Counted from the first letter of the stretch, positions 1 to 9,971 are shown. The stretch is 52,738 bases of DNA from an uncultured Clostridia bacterium (GCA_946619755.1 CAMOMI010000003.1:1-52738); one strand, 5' to 3'. Numbers and translations are program-made. The notes: generated by a model not told the origin, from the sequence alone.

Positions 1-2
1 TG

Positions 3-299
3 CAAATGATAATGCAACAGGCAAAAAAAATGCAAGCACAATTACAAAAGGATCAGGAAGAATTAGAAAAGACAGAATACGAAGGATCTTCTTCATTAGT
101 TAATGTTAAAATTAATGGTAAATATGAAGTAATTGATGTTAAAATTAATTTACCTGAAGGTGAATCAATTGATGCTGATGATAGGGAGATGCTTGAAGAT
201 ATGATAGTAGTAGCTATGAACGAAGCTGTTAAGAAAGTTATCTCTGATAAAGAAAAGAAAATGGGTAAATATGGTCAAGGATTAGCTGGATTAATGTAA
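3..299 (+). CDS. ybaB: Nucleoid-associated protein YbaB/EbfC (probably 5'-truncated by the window edge)
   Basis: MQQAKKMQ...V.V..NG....D.EMLEDMIV.A.NEA pattern; directly upstream of recR; frame open to window start. Confidence 0.93.
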   Translation, partial: QMIMQQAKKMQAQLQKDQEELEKTEYEGSSSLVNVKINGKYEVIDVKINLPEGESIDADDREMLEDMIVVAMNEAVKKVISDKEKKMGKYGQGLAGLM

Positions 300-342
300 T
301 TTATTACTTTGTAGTTGATTTTATAATGAAAGGATGATGTTT

Positions 343-936
343 ATGTATCCTAACTGTATTAGAAATTTAATTGATTCTTTAAAAAACTTACCTGGTATTG
401 GTGAAAAATCTGCGGAAAGACTTGCTTTTTCAATACTTAATTTTGATGCGGAAAAAATTGATAATTTTTCTAATGCTTTAATTGATATAAAAAAAATTAA
501 AAGATGTCCAATTTGTAATAATATTACAGATATGGATAAATGTTATATATGTAATGATTCGGGACGTGATGATGATACAATTTTTGTAGTAGAAAAGCCC
601 AAGGATATTGTTTTATTTGAAAAAATGGGTAATTATAATGGAAAATATCATGTTTTGGATGGCTTAATATCACCACTTGAAGGAATTAATCCTGAAGATA
701 TTAATTTAGATAGTTTGATTGATAGGGTTTGTAAAAACAACGTTAAAGAAGTTATCATTGTATTAAAACCTAGTATTGAAGGCGAAACAACAATGCAGTA
801 TATAAAAAAAATGCTTAGTAAATACGATGTTAGAGTATCTAAAATACCAATTGGTATTCCAATGGGAACTGATATTGAATATATTGATTCAATGACTTTG
901 GAAATGGCCTTTGAAGATCGTAAAGATATTGCATAA
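343..936 (+). CDS. recR: Recombination mediator RecR
   Basis: HhH LPGIGEKSAERLA, C4 zinc finger CPIC..CYIC, TOPRIM region YHVL.G.ISP; start at 343 chosen from AAAGGA SD. Confidence 0.97.
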   Translation: MYPNCIRNLIDSLKNLPGIGEKSAERLAFSILNFDAEKIDNFSNALIDIKKIKRCPICNNITDMDKCYICNDSGRDDDTIFVVEKPKDIVLFEKMGNYNGKYHVLDGLISPLEGINPEDINLDSLIDRVCKNNVKEVIIVLKPSIEGETTMQYIKKMLSKYDVRVSKIPIGIPMGTDIEYIDSMTLEMAFEDRKDIA

Positions 937-959
937 TTATGTTGGACAAGACATATTAT
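931..959 (+). promoter_or_regulatory. sigE-type (mother cell) promoter of bofA
   Basis: GCATAAT-N14-CATATTAT fits the sigE consensus; bofA is sigE-controlled in B. subtilis. Confidence 0.7.
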
Positions 960-975
960 TTATTGGTGAATATAT

Positions 976-1164
976 ATGTTAAAGAAAATCGTTATTATTA
1001 TAAAAAAAATAATTATGTCAGTATTATTTATATATGCGTATAATAAGTTGGCATTACCTCTTAATATTTTTATTCCTATGAATGTATTTACAGTTTTATT
1101 GGTTACTTTATGTGGTATTCCATCTATTTTAATGTTAGTGCTTTTTTCTCTTTTATATATATAA
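976..1164 (+). CDS. bofA: Pro-sigmaK processing inhibitor BofA family, short form
   Basis: Small hydrophobic protein with IPMN..T....LCGIP motif; recR-bofA synteny. Confidence 0.8.
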   Translation: MLKKIVIIIKKIIMSVLFIYAYNKLALPLNIFIPMNVFTVLLVTLCGIPSILMLVLFSLLYI

Positions 1165-1188
1165 ATATGTAATATGGAGGTTATTGAT

Positions 1189-2058
1189 ATGTTGGATGAT
1201 TATAAAGATAAGCAGACTATTGCTTATAATATTATGAAAAATGAAATTTATAATAATCATATTAGTCATGCATATTTAATTGATGAGAATAATAATATTG
1301 AATCATTTAACATAGTTATGGCTTTTATTAAAGAAATATTATGTGTTGGACTAAATAATTATGATAGAGAAGTTTTGTGTAAGAGAATTGATGATGGTAA
1401 TTATCCGGAAATTAAAATTATAGAACCCGATGGAATGCTAATTAAAAAAAGACAAATTTTGGATTTACAACAAGAGTTTTCTATGGCAGCTATTGAAGGA
1501 AACAAACGAATATATATTATTAAAGATGCTGATAAAATGCGAAGTGAAACTGCTAATTCAATGTTGAAATTTCTTGAAGAACCAGAAAATAATATTATTG
1601 CTATTCTTATGACTAATAATTATAATAATTTACTTTCAACAATAATATCTCGTTGTCAAGTTATTAGATTAAATAATGATTTAAAAATAGCTAAAGATGC
1701 GAATTTAGAGGATTTTGCTCTAAAATTAATTTTATTGATTGAGAATAAAAAAAATAAAGCAATTATAAATGAAAAATATTTTTTTGATTTAATTAGTTTA
1801 AAAGAGAGAGAGAATTATGTTATTATTTTTGACAAAATGATTGATATGTATTATGATATATTAAAAATTTGTAATGGAATTAAAACAATTAAATTTAGTG
1901 ATTATTATAATGATTTTTATAATATAGCATGTATGAATTCTCAATATCAAATTTTAAATAAAATAACTATCATTTTATCACATAAAGATAGAATAAGAAA
2001 TAATGTTAATATGAATTTGCTTTTTGATAGTCTGGTTATAAGTGTTGGAGGTAAGTAA
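1189..2058 (+). CDS. holB: DNA polymerase III delta-prime subunit
   Basis: SHAYL, ANSMLKFLEEP, TIISRCQ motifs; upstream of yaaT; GGAGG SD before ATG 1189. Confidence 0.92.
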   Translation: MLDDYKDKQTIAYNIMKNEIYNNHISHAYLIDENNNIESFNIVMAFIKEILCVGLNNYDREVLCKRIDDGNYPEIKIIEPDGMLIKKRQILDLQQEFSMAAIEGNKRIYIIKDADKMRSETANSMLKFLEEPENNIIAILMTNNYNNLLSTIISRCQVIRLNNDLKIAKDANLEDFALKLILLIENKKNKAIINEKYFFDLISLKERENYVIIFDKMIDMYYDILKICNGIKTIKFSDYYNDFYNIACMNSQYQILNKITIILSHKDRIRNNVNMNLLFDSLVISVGGK

Positions 2059-2852
2059 TGAAGATAGTTGGAATTAAATTAAATGACAATGGTAAAACAT
2101 ATTTTTTTGATGCTGCTGATGTAGCAGTAAAAGAAAATGCAACGGTTATTGTAGAAACGGAAAAAGGTTTACAATATGGTGTTGTTGTTAGTATTGTTTC
2201 AGAAGATGAAATAAATAAGGATCTTTCTTACAAAAAAGTAATTAGACTAACATCAAAAGCAGATTATAAAAAACATTTAAGTAATTTAAAAGATGCTGAA
2301 AGGGCACTTGTTAAATGTAATGAATTGATTGATAAATATGGTCTTGATATGAAAATAATTGATGCTAGTTATACATTTGATAGAGAACAGTTAATATTTA
2401 GATTTTTAGCTGATGATAGGGTTGACTTTCGTCAATTGGCTAAAGATTTAGGCTCTATTTTTAGAACAAGAATTGAACTTAGGCAGGTTGGAATTAGGGA
2501 TAAAGCGAAAGAAATTGGTGGTTTTGGGCCATGTGGTAGAAGACTTTGCTGTAATAATTTTTTGACAGAATTTGATAGTGTTTCAATTAATATGGCCAAA
2601 AATCAAAATTTATCATTAAATCCTACAAAAATTAATGGAGTCTGTGGAAGATTATTGTGTTGTTTAAAATATGAAAATGATAATTATAATGATTATAAAA
2701 AAGGGTTACCTGATGTAGGTAGTAAGATTAAAACTAAAGATGGGGAAGGTAAAGTAATTTCTGTTGATGTTTTTAAAGGAAAATATAAAGTTTTATTGAC
2801 TGAAACTAATGAAATTATTGAATTAACAAGGAATAATGAAGGTAAAAAATAG
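2058..2852 (+). CDS. ricT: RicT/YaaT PSP1-domain Fe-S protein
   Basis: RVDFRQL, RIELRQVG.RD, GPCGRRLCC, GVCGRLLCCL. Confidence 0.95.
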   Translation: MKIVGIKLNDNGKTYFFDAADVAVKENATVIVETEKGLQYGVVVSIVSEDEINKDLSYKKVIRLTSKADYKKHLSNLKDAERALVKCNELIDKYGLDMKIIDASYTFDREQLIFRFLADDRVDFRQLAKDLGSIFRTRIELRQVGIRDKAKEIGGFGPCGRRLCCNNFLTEFDSVSINMAKNQNLSLNPTKINGVCGRLLCCLKYENDNYNDYKKGLPDVGSKIKTKDGEGKVISVDVFKGKYKVLLTETNEIIELTRNNEGKK

Positions 2853-3570
2853 ATTACTTAATTTTGGTGATATGATAATTTATCAAGATAATGATTATTT
2901 TCTTTTTTCGCTTGATTCTGTATTGTTAGCAAATTTTGTGAATATTAAGTTAACAGATAAAAAAATAATTGATTTATGTTCTGGTAATGGTCCTGTTCCT
3001 ATGCTAATGTTTTTTAGGACAAAAGCTAGGATTTTTGGCGTTGAAATTCAAAAATATATTTACGATTTAGGATTATTGTCTATAAAGGAAAATGGCATGG
3101 ATAATCAGATTTCTTTTATAAATAATGATGTTAAGGAATTAAATAAATTATTTGAACCAGAGTCATTTGATGTTGTTACTTGTAATCCGCCATATTTTAA
3201 ATATAATGATGGTAGTTTAATAAATAGAAACGATGGAAAAGCAATTGCTAGACACGAAGTTAAATTAAAAATGGAAGATGTTATTTTCGAATCCAATTAT
3301 TTACTTAAAAACGGTGGTACTTTTGCTATGGTTCATAGACCTGATAGATTTATGGAAATAATTATGTTAATGAAACAATATAATATTGAACCAAAGAGAG
3401 TACGTTTTGTTTATCCTAAAATTGGAAAAAATGCTAATATGATTTTAATTGAAGGTGTTAAAAATGGAAAGTCTGGTTTTAAAGTATTGAATCCATTGAT
3501 TGTTTATAATGAAAATAATGAATATGTTGATGAAATAAAAAAAATGTATAGTTATGCAGATAAGGAGTGA
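2836..3570 (+). CDS. yabB: tRNA1(Val) A37 N6-methyltransferase (YabB/TrmN6 family)
   Basis: DSVLLA, DLCSGNG, CNPPYF, ARHE; synteny yaaT-yabB-rsmI. Confidence 0.9.
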   Translation: MKVKNRLLNFGDMIIYQDNDYFLFSLDSVLLANFVNIKLTDKKIIDLCSGNGPVPMLMFFRTKARIFGVEIQKYIYDLGLLSIKENGMDNQISFINNDVKELNKLFEPESFDVVTCNPPYFKYNDGSLINRNDGKAIARHEVKLKMEDVIFESNYLLKNGGTFAMVHRPDRFMEIIMLMKQYNIEPKRVRFVYPKIGKNANMILIEGVKNGKSGFKVLNPLIVYNENNEYVDEIKKMYSYADKE

Positions 3571-3574
3571 TATT

Positions 3575-4411
3575 ATGTGGCAAAAAAGTTATGATAATAG
3601 TCCAAGTGTCTATATCGTACCAACACCTATTGGTAATTTAGAAGATATGACCTTTAGAGCAATTAATGTATTAAAAATGGTTGATGTTATTTTTTCTGAA
3701 GATACTAGAGTTACTCAGCAGCTACTTAATTATTTTAAAATAAAAAATAAACTTATTCATTTAGATGATCATAATGAAGAAATTACAAAAACGTTGGTTT
3801 TAGAAAAGTTGATGAGTAATAAAAATGTGGCAATTGTTACTGATAGGGGAACACCAATAATAAGTGATCCTGGATATAAGACTGTTAGTTTTTTAAAAGA
3901 TAAAGGCTATAATGTGATTGCTTTGCCAGGTGCAACAGCTTTTGTTCCTGCACTTGTAGCCTCAGGAATAAGTTCTGAGCATTTTACTTTTTATGGCTTT
4001 TTGTCTAGTAGAGAAAAAAAAATGTATGATGAACTTTATATGTTAAAGGACAGCGAGTATACATTAGTGTTTTATGAAGCACCGCACAGAATTCTTAGAA
4101 CGCTTAATGCTATGTTGAAAGTATTTGGAGATAGAACTATTAGTATTTCAAGGGAAATTTCTAAATTGTATGAAAGTGTTTTTATTGGTAAAATTAGTGA
4201 TGCAATAGATACAATTGATGTAAAGGGAGAGTTTGTTATTGTAGTTTCGGCAAGTAAAGAAATATTAACAACAGATATGTCAATTGTGGAAAATGTTAAC
4301 ATGTATATTAAAAATGGCTTATCATCGATGGATGCAATAAAACTTGTTGCTAAGGAAAGAAAAATACCAAAGAGCGATGTATATAATCAGTATCATAAAG
4401 GAAGTGAATAA
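3575..4411 (+). CDS. rsmI: 16S rRNA C1402 2'-O-methyltransferase RsmI
   Basis: TPIGNLED, EDTR, GTP.ISDPG, FYEAPHR, REISK; AAGGAG SD. Confidence 0.96.
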   Translation: MWQKSYDNSPSVYIVPTPIGNLEDMTFRAINVLKMVDVIFSEDTRVTQQLLNYFKIKNKLIHLDDHNEEITKTLVLEKLMSNKNVAIVTDRGTPIISDPGYKTVSFLKDKGYNVIALPGATAFVPALVASGISSEHFTFYGFLSSREKKMYDELYMLKDSEYTLVFYEAPHRILRTLNAMLKVFGDRTISISREISKLYESVFIGKISDAIDTIDVKGEFVIVVSASKEILTTDMSIVENVNMYIKNGLSSMDAIKLVAKERKIPKSDVYNQYHKGSE

Positions 4412-4412
4412 A

Positions 4413-4976
4413 ATGAGGTTAATTTTTGGACTTGGTAATCCTGGAAATGAGTATAAAAACACAAGACATAATATTGGTTTTATGTTTTTAGACTTTATTT
4501 TAGATAATGTAGAATTTTCTTTAAATAAAAAAATGAATGCTTTAGAGTATGAGACATTTATTAATGAAGAAAAAGTATTATTTGTAAAACCTTTATCTTA
4601 TATGAATTTATCTGGAGAAGTGGTTAGTAAATATTTACATTTTTATAAATTGTCAATTGATGATATTTTAGTTATTCAAGATGATTTAGATATGAATCTT
4701 GGTTTGTATAAATTATTATTTAATCATGGTGATGGTGGACATAATGGTATTAAAAATATTATATTAAACCTTGGTAGTAAAGAATTCTTAAGGCTTAAAA
4801 TTGGAATATCTAAAGCTGATATTGATACTAAAGATTATGTGCTTGGTAAATTTAGCAAAGAAAATATGAAATTATTAAATAATACTTTTGAAAAATTACA
4901 TAATTTTATTTATGATTATGTTTCTATGAATAGAGATTTATTAATAGGTAAGTATAATTGTAAAGATAATAATTAG
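4413..4976 (+). CDS. pth: Peptidyl-tRNA hydrolase
   Basis: GLGNPG, TRHNIGF, YMNLSG, GGHNG; real start MRLIF at 4413. Confidence 0.96.
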   Translation: MRLIFGLGNPGNEYKNTRHNIGFMFLDFILDNVEFSLNKKMNALEYETFINEEKVLFVKPLSYMNLSGEVVSKYLHFYKLSIDDILVIQDDLDMNLGLYKLLFNHGDGGHNGIKNIILNLGSKEFLRLKIGISKADIDTKDYVLGKFSKENMKLLNNTFEKLHNFIYDYVSMNRDLLIGKYNCKDNN

Positions 4977-4996
4977 TTAATAACTAGAGGGATAAT

Positions 4997-7900
4997 ATGA
5001 AAATTTTTGATAATATGTTTAATATAACAGACAACACTGATTATAATGTGTCTGGATTAAATAGGGAACTTACATGTATTAATATTTATGATGCTTTTAT
5101 TAGTAATAATAAGAGCATTTTAGTTGTGGCAAGTAGTACTTATATGGCAAATTTGCTATATCAGACATTACTTAATTATACTGATAAAGCTTTATTTTTT
5201 CCAATGGATGATTTTTTAACTTCAGAGGCAATTGCAATTAGTCCAGAATTTAAAGTTGAAAGAATTACTACAATGAATACGCTTATAAGTGATGATAAGT
5301 ATATTGTTGTTACTAATTTAATGGGAGCACTTCGTTATTTACCAAGTAAAAATATTTGGAAAAATAATATTATTTATTTAAAAGTAGGAATGGATATTTC
5401 ACGTGATAAACTGTTAGTTGATTTATTTAATTTAGGTTATGAGCGAGAAACCATTGTTAATGGTACTGGTAAAGTTGGTGTTAGAGGATATGTTTTAGAT
5501 ATTTTTCCAACTTCTTTGGAAACTGCTATTAGAATTGAATTTTGGGGAGATACAATTGATAGTATTAAATATTTTGATGTTGAAACTCAGTTGTCTACTA
5601 GTGATATTGATGAAATAACAATTTATCCTTTTACGGAGTTTATTTTAAATAAGTATAATAATGATGTTATTAGAAAACAAAAGTTTTTAGCTAATTATTT
5701 AGATTCAGTTTCAATGATTAGTGATTATTTAGATAATCCAATTATTGCATATTATGACTATAGTACATTACTTAATGGTTATTCTCTTTTAATGGATTCA
5801 ATAATGGAATATGATAGTAATAATCCTCAGGAACTTGAAACACATTATATGAACGATTTTTCAAAAATTAAAGGATGTCAAAATATTTATTATTATCATT
5901 TTGATAATGATATTAATAGTAAATATAAAAGTTATAGATTTAAATATGGTATTATTAATAAATATAATGGAGACTATGATAAAATTAAAAATGATTTAAT
6001 TAGTTTTGTAGCTGATGGTAAAACTGTTCTTTTATGTATACCTAATAAAGATAGTGCTAAGAGGATTGTTAAATATTTGGAAATTGATGATATCATATTA
6101 GCTAGAGAAGATAATATTGTAAAAGGAAAAATAAATTTACTTAATAAAAATATTTATGAAGGATTTATATATAATGATTATGTTGTTATTGGTATTAATG
6201 ATTTGTTTGACAAAAAAGATGAGATAATTAAATATAAGAGTAAATATAAAATTGGTACAAGAGTACAAGCAATTACTAACTTATCTAATGGTGATTATAT
6301 TGTTCATGAAATGTTTGGAATTGGAATATATCGTGGATTACAAACAATTAATAAAGGTGGTTTGGAGAAAGATTATATTAAGCTTGAATATGCAGATGGT
6401 GATTCGTTATATATTCCTGTCGAAAATATCAATAGAATTAGTAAATTTACTGGTAAAGAGGGTATTGGTGTAAAACTAAATAGTTTATCTAATGATAATT
6501 GGAAGAAGAAAAAAGCTAAAGTTCGTGAAAAGTTAGAAAGCATTGCTGGAGATTTAATAAAGGTATCGGCTGAACGTGAAGTAAGTCAAGGTTTTGCTTT
6601 TTCTAAAGATGATGAAAATCAAGCAGTATTTGAGAGTGAATTTATATATACAGAAACACCAGATCAGACGAGGGCTGTTAATCTTATAAAAACTGAAATG
6701 GAAAAAAACAAACCAATGGATATGCTTCTTTGTGGTGATGTTGGTTATGGTAAAACCGAAGTGGCATTTAGAGCAATGTTTAAAGCTGTTAATGATGGAA
6801 AACAAGTGGCATATTTGTGTCCAACAACAATTTTATCTAGTCAGCAATTTGAAGCTGCTAAAGAAAGATTTGCTACTTTTCCAATTAATATTGCCCTTAT
6901 CAACAGATTTGTTGATAAAGCAAAACAAGCAAAAATTTTAGATGATTTAAAAAATGGTAAAATTGATATTTTATTTGGAACTCATAGGTTGCTTAGCGAT
7001 GATGTTAAATATAAGGATTTAGGATTATTAATAGTGGATGAAGAGCAGAGATTTGGGGTTACACACAAAGAAAAAATTAAAAAATATAAGACAAATGTTG
7101 ATGTTTTAACACTATCGGCAACACCTATACCAAGAACTCTTCAAATGAGTTTAACTGGAATTAGATCATTAGCTTTAATTGAAACACCGCCTAAAGAGAG
7201 ATATCCAATCCAAACTTACGTTTTAGAGGAATCAAATTTGGTAATAAAGGATGCTATCTATAAGGAATTGTCACGTAATGGACAAGTTTTTATACTTTTT
7301 AATAGTGTTGATAAGATACATGAAAAGGTTTTAGAGATAAGTAAATTAGTTCCAGAAGCAAAAATTGATTTTGCACATGGTAAGATGACTAAAGACCAGT
7401 TAGAAAATAAAATGAATAGTTTTATTAATGGTAAGTTTAATGTGTTAGTATGTACGACTATTATTGAAACTGGTATTGATATTCCTAATGTTAATACATT
7501 AATAATAATAGATGCTGATAGATTTGGTCTTTCTCAGTTATATCAAATTAGAGGACGAATAGGCCGTAGCAATAAGATTGGTTATGCTTATTTAATGTAT
7601 AGTAAACATAAGTTTTTAAATGATATTGCTGTTAAAAGACTTGATACAATTAAAGAATTTACGGAATTGGGAAGCGGTTTTAAAATAGCAATGCGTGATT
7701 TATCAATTCGTGGTGCTGGTGATATTTTGGGTAGAGAACAATCAGGCTTTATCGATACAGTGGGGATTGATTTATATTTGAAATTATTAAATCAAGCAAT
7801 TCGTAAACAAAAAGGTGAAGAAGTTAATAATGAAGATGATGAAAATAAAAACGAGAAGCCGCTTATATCTGTTTCAACGCATATTGATGATAAGTATGTT

Positions 7901-8311
7901 GATGAAACAGAACTTAAAATTTTAATTCATAAAAAAATTAATACTGTTGATTCATATGATAGTTTTTGTGTGATTAAGGAGGAACTTGAGGATAGATTTG
8001 GTAAATTAAATGAAGATATGATTATATATATGTATGAGGAATGGTTTGAAAAATTAGCAAAATTTTTAGAAATTGAGCAAGTAATAGATAATGATAAATT
8101 AGTTGATATGACACTTTCTAAAAATATTAGTAATTTAATTAAAGGCGATGAATTATTTATACAATCATATCAAATTAACCATAATTTTAAACTTAATTAT
8201 CATAATAATCAAATTCATATTATTTTAGAAAAAAATAAATTAGAAAAACATTATATTATGTATTTAATTGCAATTCTTATTAAAATTAGAGAAATGATAA
8301 AGAAAGTTTAA
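4997..8311 (+). CDS. mfd: Transcription-repair coupling factor Mfd
   Basis: UvrB-like module, CarD/RID region, GDVGYGKTEVA, DEEQRFG, SATPIPRT, TRG motif; pth-mfd-spoVT synteny. Confidence 0.97.
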   Translation: MKIFDNMFNITDNTDYNVSGLNRELTCINIYDAFISNNKSILVVASSTYMANLLYQTLLNYTDKALFFPMDDFLTSEAIAISPEFKVERITTMNTLISDDKYIVVTNLMGALRYLPSKNIWKNNIIYLKVGMDISRDKLLVDLFNLGYERETIVNGTGKVGVRGYVLDIFPTSLETAIRIEFWGDTIDSIKYFDVETQLSTSDIDEITIYPFTEFILNKYNNDVIRKQKFLANYLDSVSMISDYLDNPIIAYYDYSTLLNGYSLLMDSIMEYDSNNPQELETHYMNDFSKIKGCQNIYYYHFDNDINSKYKSYRFKYGIINKYNGDYDKIKNDLISFVADGKTVLLCIPNKDSAKRIVKYLEIDDIILAREDNIVKGKINLLNKNIYEGFIYNDYVVIGINDLFDKKDEIIKYKSKYKIGTRVQAITNLSNGDYIVHEMFGIGIYRGLQTINKGGLEKDYIKLEYADGDSLYIPVENINRISKFTGKEGIGVKLNSLSNDNWKKKKAKVREKLESIAGDLIKVSAEREVSQGFAFSKDDENQAVFESEFIYTETPDQTRAVNLIKTEMEKNKPMDMLLCGDVGYGKTEVAFRAMFKAVNDGKQVAYLCPTTILSSQQFEAAKERFATFPINIALINRFVDKAKQAKILDDLKNGKIDILFGTHRLLSDDVKYKDLGLLIVDEEQRFGVTHKEKIKKYKTNVDVLTLSATPIPRTLQMSLTGIRSLALIETPPKERYPIQTYVLEESNLVIKDAIYKELSRNGQVFILFNSVDKIHEKVLEISKLVPEAKIDFAHGKMTKDQLENKMNSFINGKFNVLVCTTIIETGIDIPNVNTLIIIDADRFGLSQLYQIRGRIGRSNKIGYAYLMYSKHKFLNDIAVKRLDTIKEFTELGSGFKIAMRDLSIRGAGDILGREQSGFIDTVGIDLYLKLLNQAIRKQKGEEVNNEDDENKNEKPLISVSTHIDDKYVDETELKILIHKKINTVDSYDSFCVIKEELEDRFGKLNEDMIIYMYEEWFEKLAKFLEIEQVIDNDKLVDMTLSKNISNLIKGDELFIQSYQINHNFKLNYHNNQIHIILEKNKLEKHYIMYLIAILIKIREMIKKV

Positions 8312-8335
8312 TAATTAAATAAACTTTCTTCTTTT
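8300..8335 (+). terminator. Intrinsic terminator overlapping the mfd stop
   Basis: AAGAAAGTTTA / TAAACTTTCTT inverted repeat followed by T-rich tract. Confidence 0.55.
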
Positions 8336-8344
8336 AAAATACTG

Positions 8345-8373
8345 GTATAAATATAATAATTATTGCCAAACTA
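8345..8373 (+). promoter_or_regulatory. sigG (forespore)-type promoter of spoVT
   Basis: GTATA-N17-CAAACTA; spoVT is sigG-controlled in B. subtilis. Confidence 0.7.
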
Positions 8374-8394
8374 ATTTTGAATGGAGGAAGAAAA

Positions 8395-8919
8395 GTGTCA
8401 ACTGGAATTGTGAGAAGAATTGATGAACTTGGAAGAATTGTTATTCCTAAAGAAATTAGAAAAAACTTGAGAATTAAAAATGGTGATAATTTAGAAATAT
8501 TGGTTGAAGGAGAGAATATAACATTAAGAAAGTATTCACAGATAGAAAATGCTACAGATATGGCAATGATATATGCGGATTCTTTTAATCAAGTGCTTAA
8601 ATATAATATTATTATAACGGATACAGATAAAGTTGTAGCTGCAGCAGGTAGTTTAAAAAAGAAGTATTTAAATATGGGAATAAGTGATACACTTACTTCA
8701 ATGATTGAAAGAAGAGAAGCATTCGTTGAACGTAAGAAAAGTAATATTGAAATTAGTCCTGGAATAACAGAATTTGGATATTATACACTTGCTACGATTA
8801 TTAATAATGGTGATTCAATTGGTTCTGTTGTTATTTTATCATTAGATACTCCAATGTTAGAACAAGAAGAAAAATTAGCAATGATTTTAGCTAATATGCT
8901 TAGTAATTATTTTGTATAA
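8395..8919 (+). CDS. spoVT: Forespore transcription regulator SpoVT (AbrB N-domain plus GAF C-domain)
   Basis: TGIVRRIDELGRIVIPKEIR; C-terminal IITD.D.V and II.NGD.IGSV; follows mfd; GTG start after GGAGG. Confidence 0.92.
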   Translation: MSTGIVRRIDELGRIVIPKEIRKNLRIKNGDNLEILVEGENITLRKYSQIENATDMAMIYADSFNQVLKYNIIITDTDKVVAAAGSLKKKYLNMGISDTLTSMIERREAFVERKKSNIEISPGITEFGYYTLATIINNGDSIGSVVILSLDTPMLEQEEKLAMILANMLSNYFV

Positions 8920-8922
8920 TGT

Positions 8923-8959
8923 ATCAGCAAATATGATTAACTATTTGTTGATTTTTTTT
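8923..8959 (+). terminator. Intrinsic terminator after spoVT
   Basis: ATCAGCAAATA / TATTTGTTGAT stem plus T run. Confidence 0.7.
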
Positions 8960-8997
8960 AAACAATTAACTTTAATGGTATTAGGAAGGAGTAAATA

Positions 8998-9660
8998 ATG
9001 AATAGAGTTGAAATTAAGAAATTAGCAAAATCAAAAATAAAAGGAAATAAGTGGAATATTTTATGGCCAATTTTAGTTATTGAATTTCTTGAATCTGTAG
9101 TTGAAAGGATTTTTCATCTTGATCATCTTGCAGGAGTTGATTTTACTAATTTGCAATCCCTTGCAAATTTTAATATTCCTACGAGTGTTTCAATAAAACT
9201 AAGTATTATAAGTATTATTTTTGGCGTAATATTAGTAGCTTATAAGCGATACGTTTTGAACTTTGTTAGAACTGGAAAATTTGAGTTTAATGATATTATT
9301 GATTGTTTAAAAGAAAAATGGCTTAATATTCTTATTTCTTATGTTTTAACAACTTTAATTGTTTTTGTTTGTTCATTATTATTTGTTGTTCCAGGAATAA
9401 TTATTTCTTTAGCTTATGGTGTTGTAACATATGTTGTTATTGATACAGATTTAAGTGCTATTGATTCAATGAAAAAAAGTAGAGCTATGATGAAGGGATA
9501 CAAATGGAACTATTTTGTTTTTATTCTTAGTTTTATTGGTTGGATTTTGTTAGTTCCATTTACAATTGGTATACTTCTTATTTGGTTGGTTCCATATATG
9601 GTAGTTGCTGATTGCATTTATTATGAAAGATTAAGAGAAATAACAAAAGAAAAAAGATGA
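8998..9660 (+). CDS. DUF975 family membrane protein
   Basis: R.EIK..AK..IKG.KW, VPGII, S..MMKG.KW..F...LSFIGW, W..PY, YE.L. Confidence 0.88.
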   Translation: MNRVEIKKLAKSKIKGNKWNILWPILVIEFLESVVERIFHLDHLAGVDFTNLQSLANFNIPTSVSIKLSIISIIFGVILVAYKRYVLNFVRTGKFEFNDIIDCLKEKWLNILISYVLTTLIVFVCSLLFVVPGIIISLAYGVVTYVVIDTDLSAIDSMKKSRAMMKGYKWNYFVFILSFIGWILLVPFTIGILLIWLVPYMVVADCIYYERLREITKEKR

Positions 9661-9682
9661 TAATATTTCATCTTTTTTCTTT
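9646..9682 (+). terminator. Terminator hairpin overlapping the DUF975 stop
   Basis: Perfect 15-bp inverted repeat AAAGAAAAAAGATGA / TCATCTTTTTTCTTT. Confidence 0.7.
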
Positions 9683-9695
9683 ATATAATTTTTTG

Positions 9696-9724
9696 TTGCA
9701 TACTTGTAATAAATGTGGTATAAT
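9696..9724 (+). promoter_or_regulatory. sigA promoter of the T-box/metG leader
   Basis: TTGCAT-N17-TATAAT with extended TG. Confidence 0.8.
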
Positions 9725-9743
9725 ACGTTTAGTTTTTCAAAAA

Positions 9744-9969
9744 TGACTGTGAAGGAAAGAGTAATGGTGGAACTTTAAGAGAGCTTATGTAAGGTGTGAA
9801 TAAGTAAGGAAAGCTATTATAAATGGTTCTGGAGTCTATTTATTAATTTAAATCGGTAGTTCCGTTATAGCTTTGAGAGTATAATTTAAATTATAAAATA
9901 AGGTGGTACCGCGGTTATTAATCGTCCTTAGTGCTAGCTTATTTTTTTAATTATATAAAGGAGATGTTT
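9744..9969 (+). ncRNA. Methionine T-box riboswitch leader
   Basis: AGTA, AGAGA and GGTGTGA stem I motifs, specifier ATG at 9823-9825, CCGTTA box, T-box AATAAGGTGGTACCGCG (9897-9913) with antiterminator partner CGTCCTT; upstream of metG. Confidence 0.93.
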
Positions 9970-9971
9970 TT

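Noticed and set aside
5395-5410. parS-like TATTTCACGTGATAAA inside mfd
   Set aside because: Three mismatches to TGTTTCACGTGAAACA; only the CACGTG core is convincing
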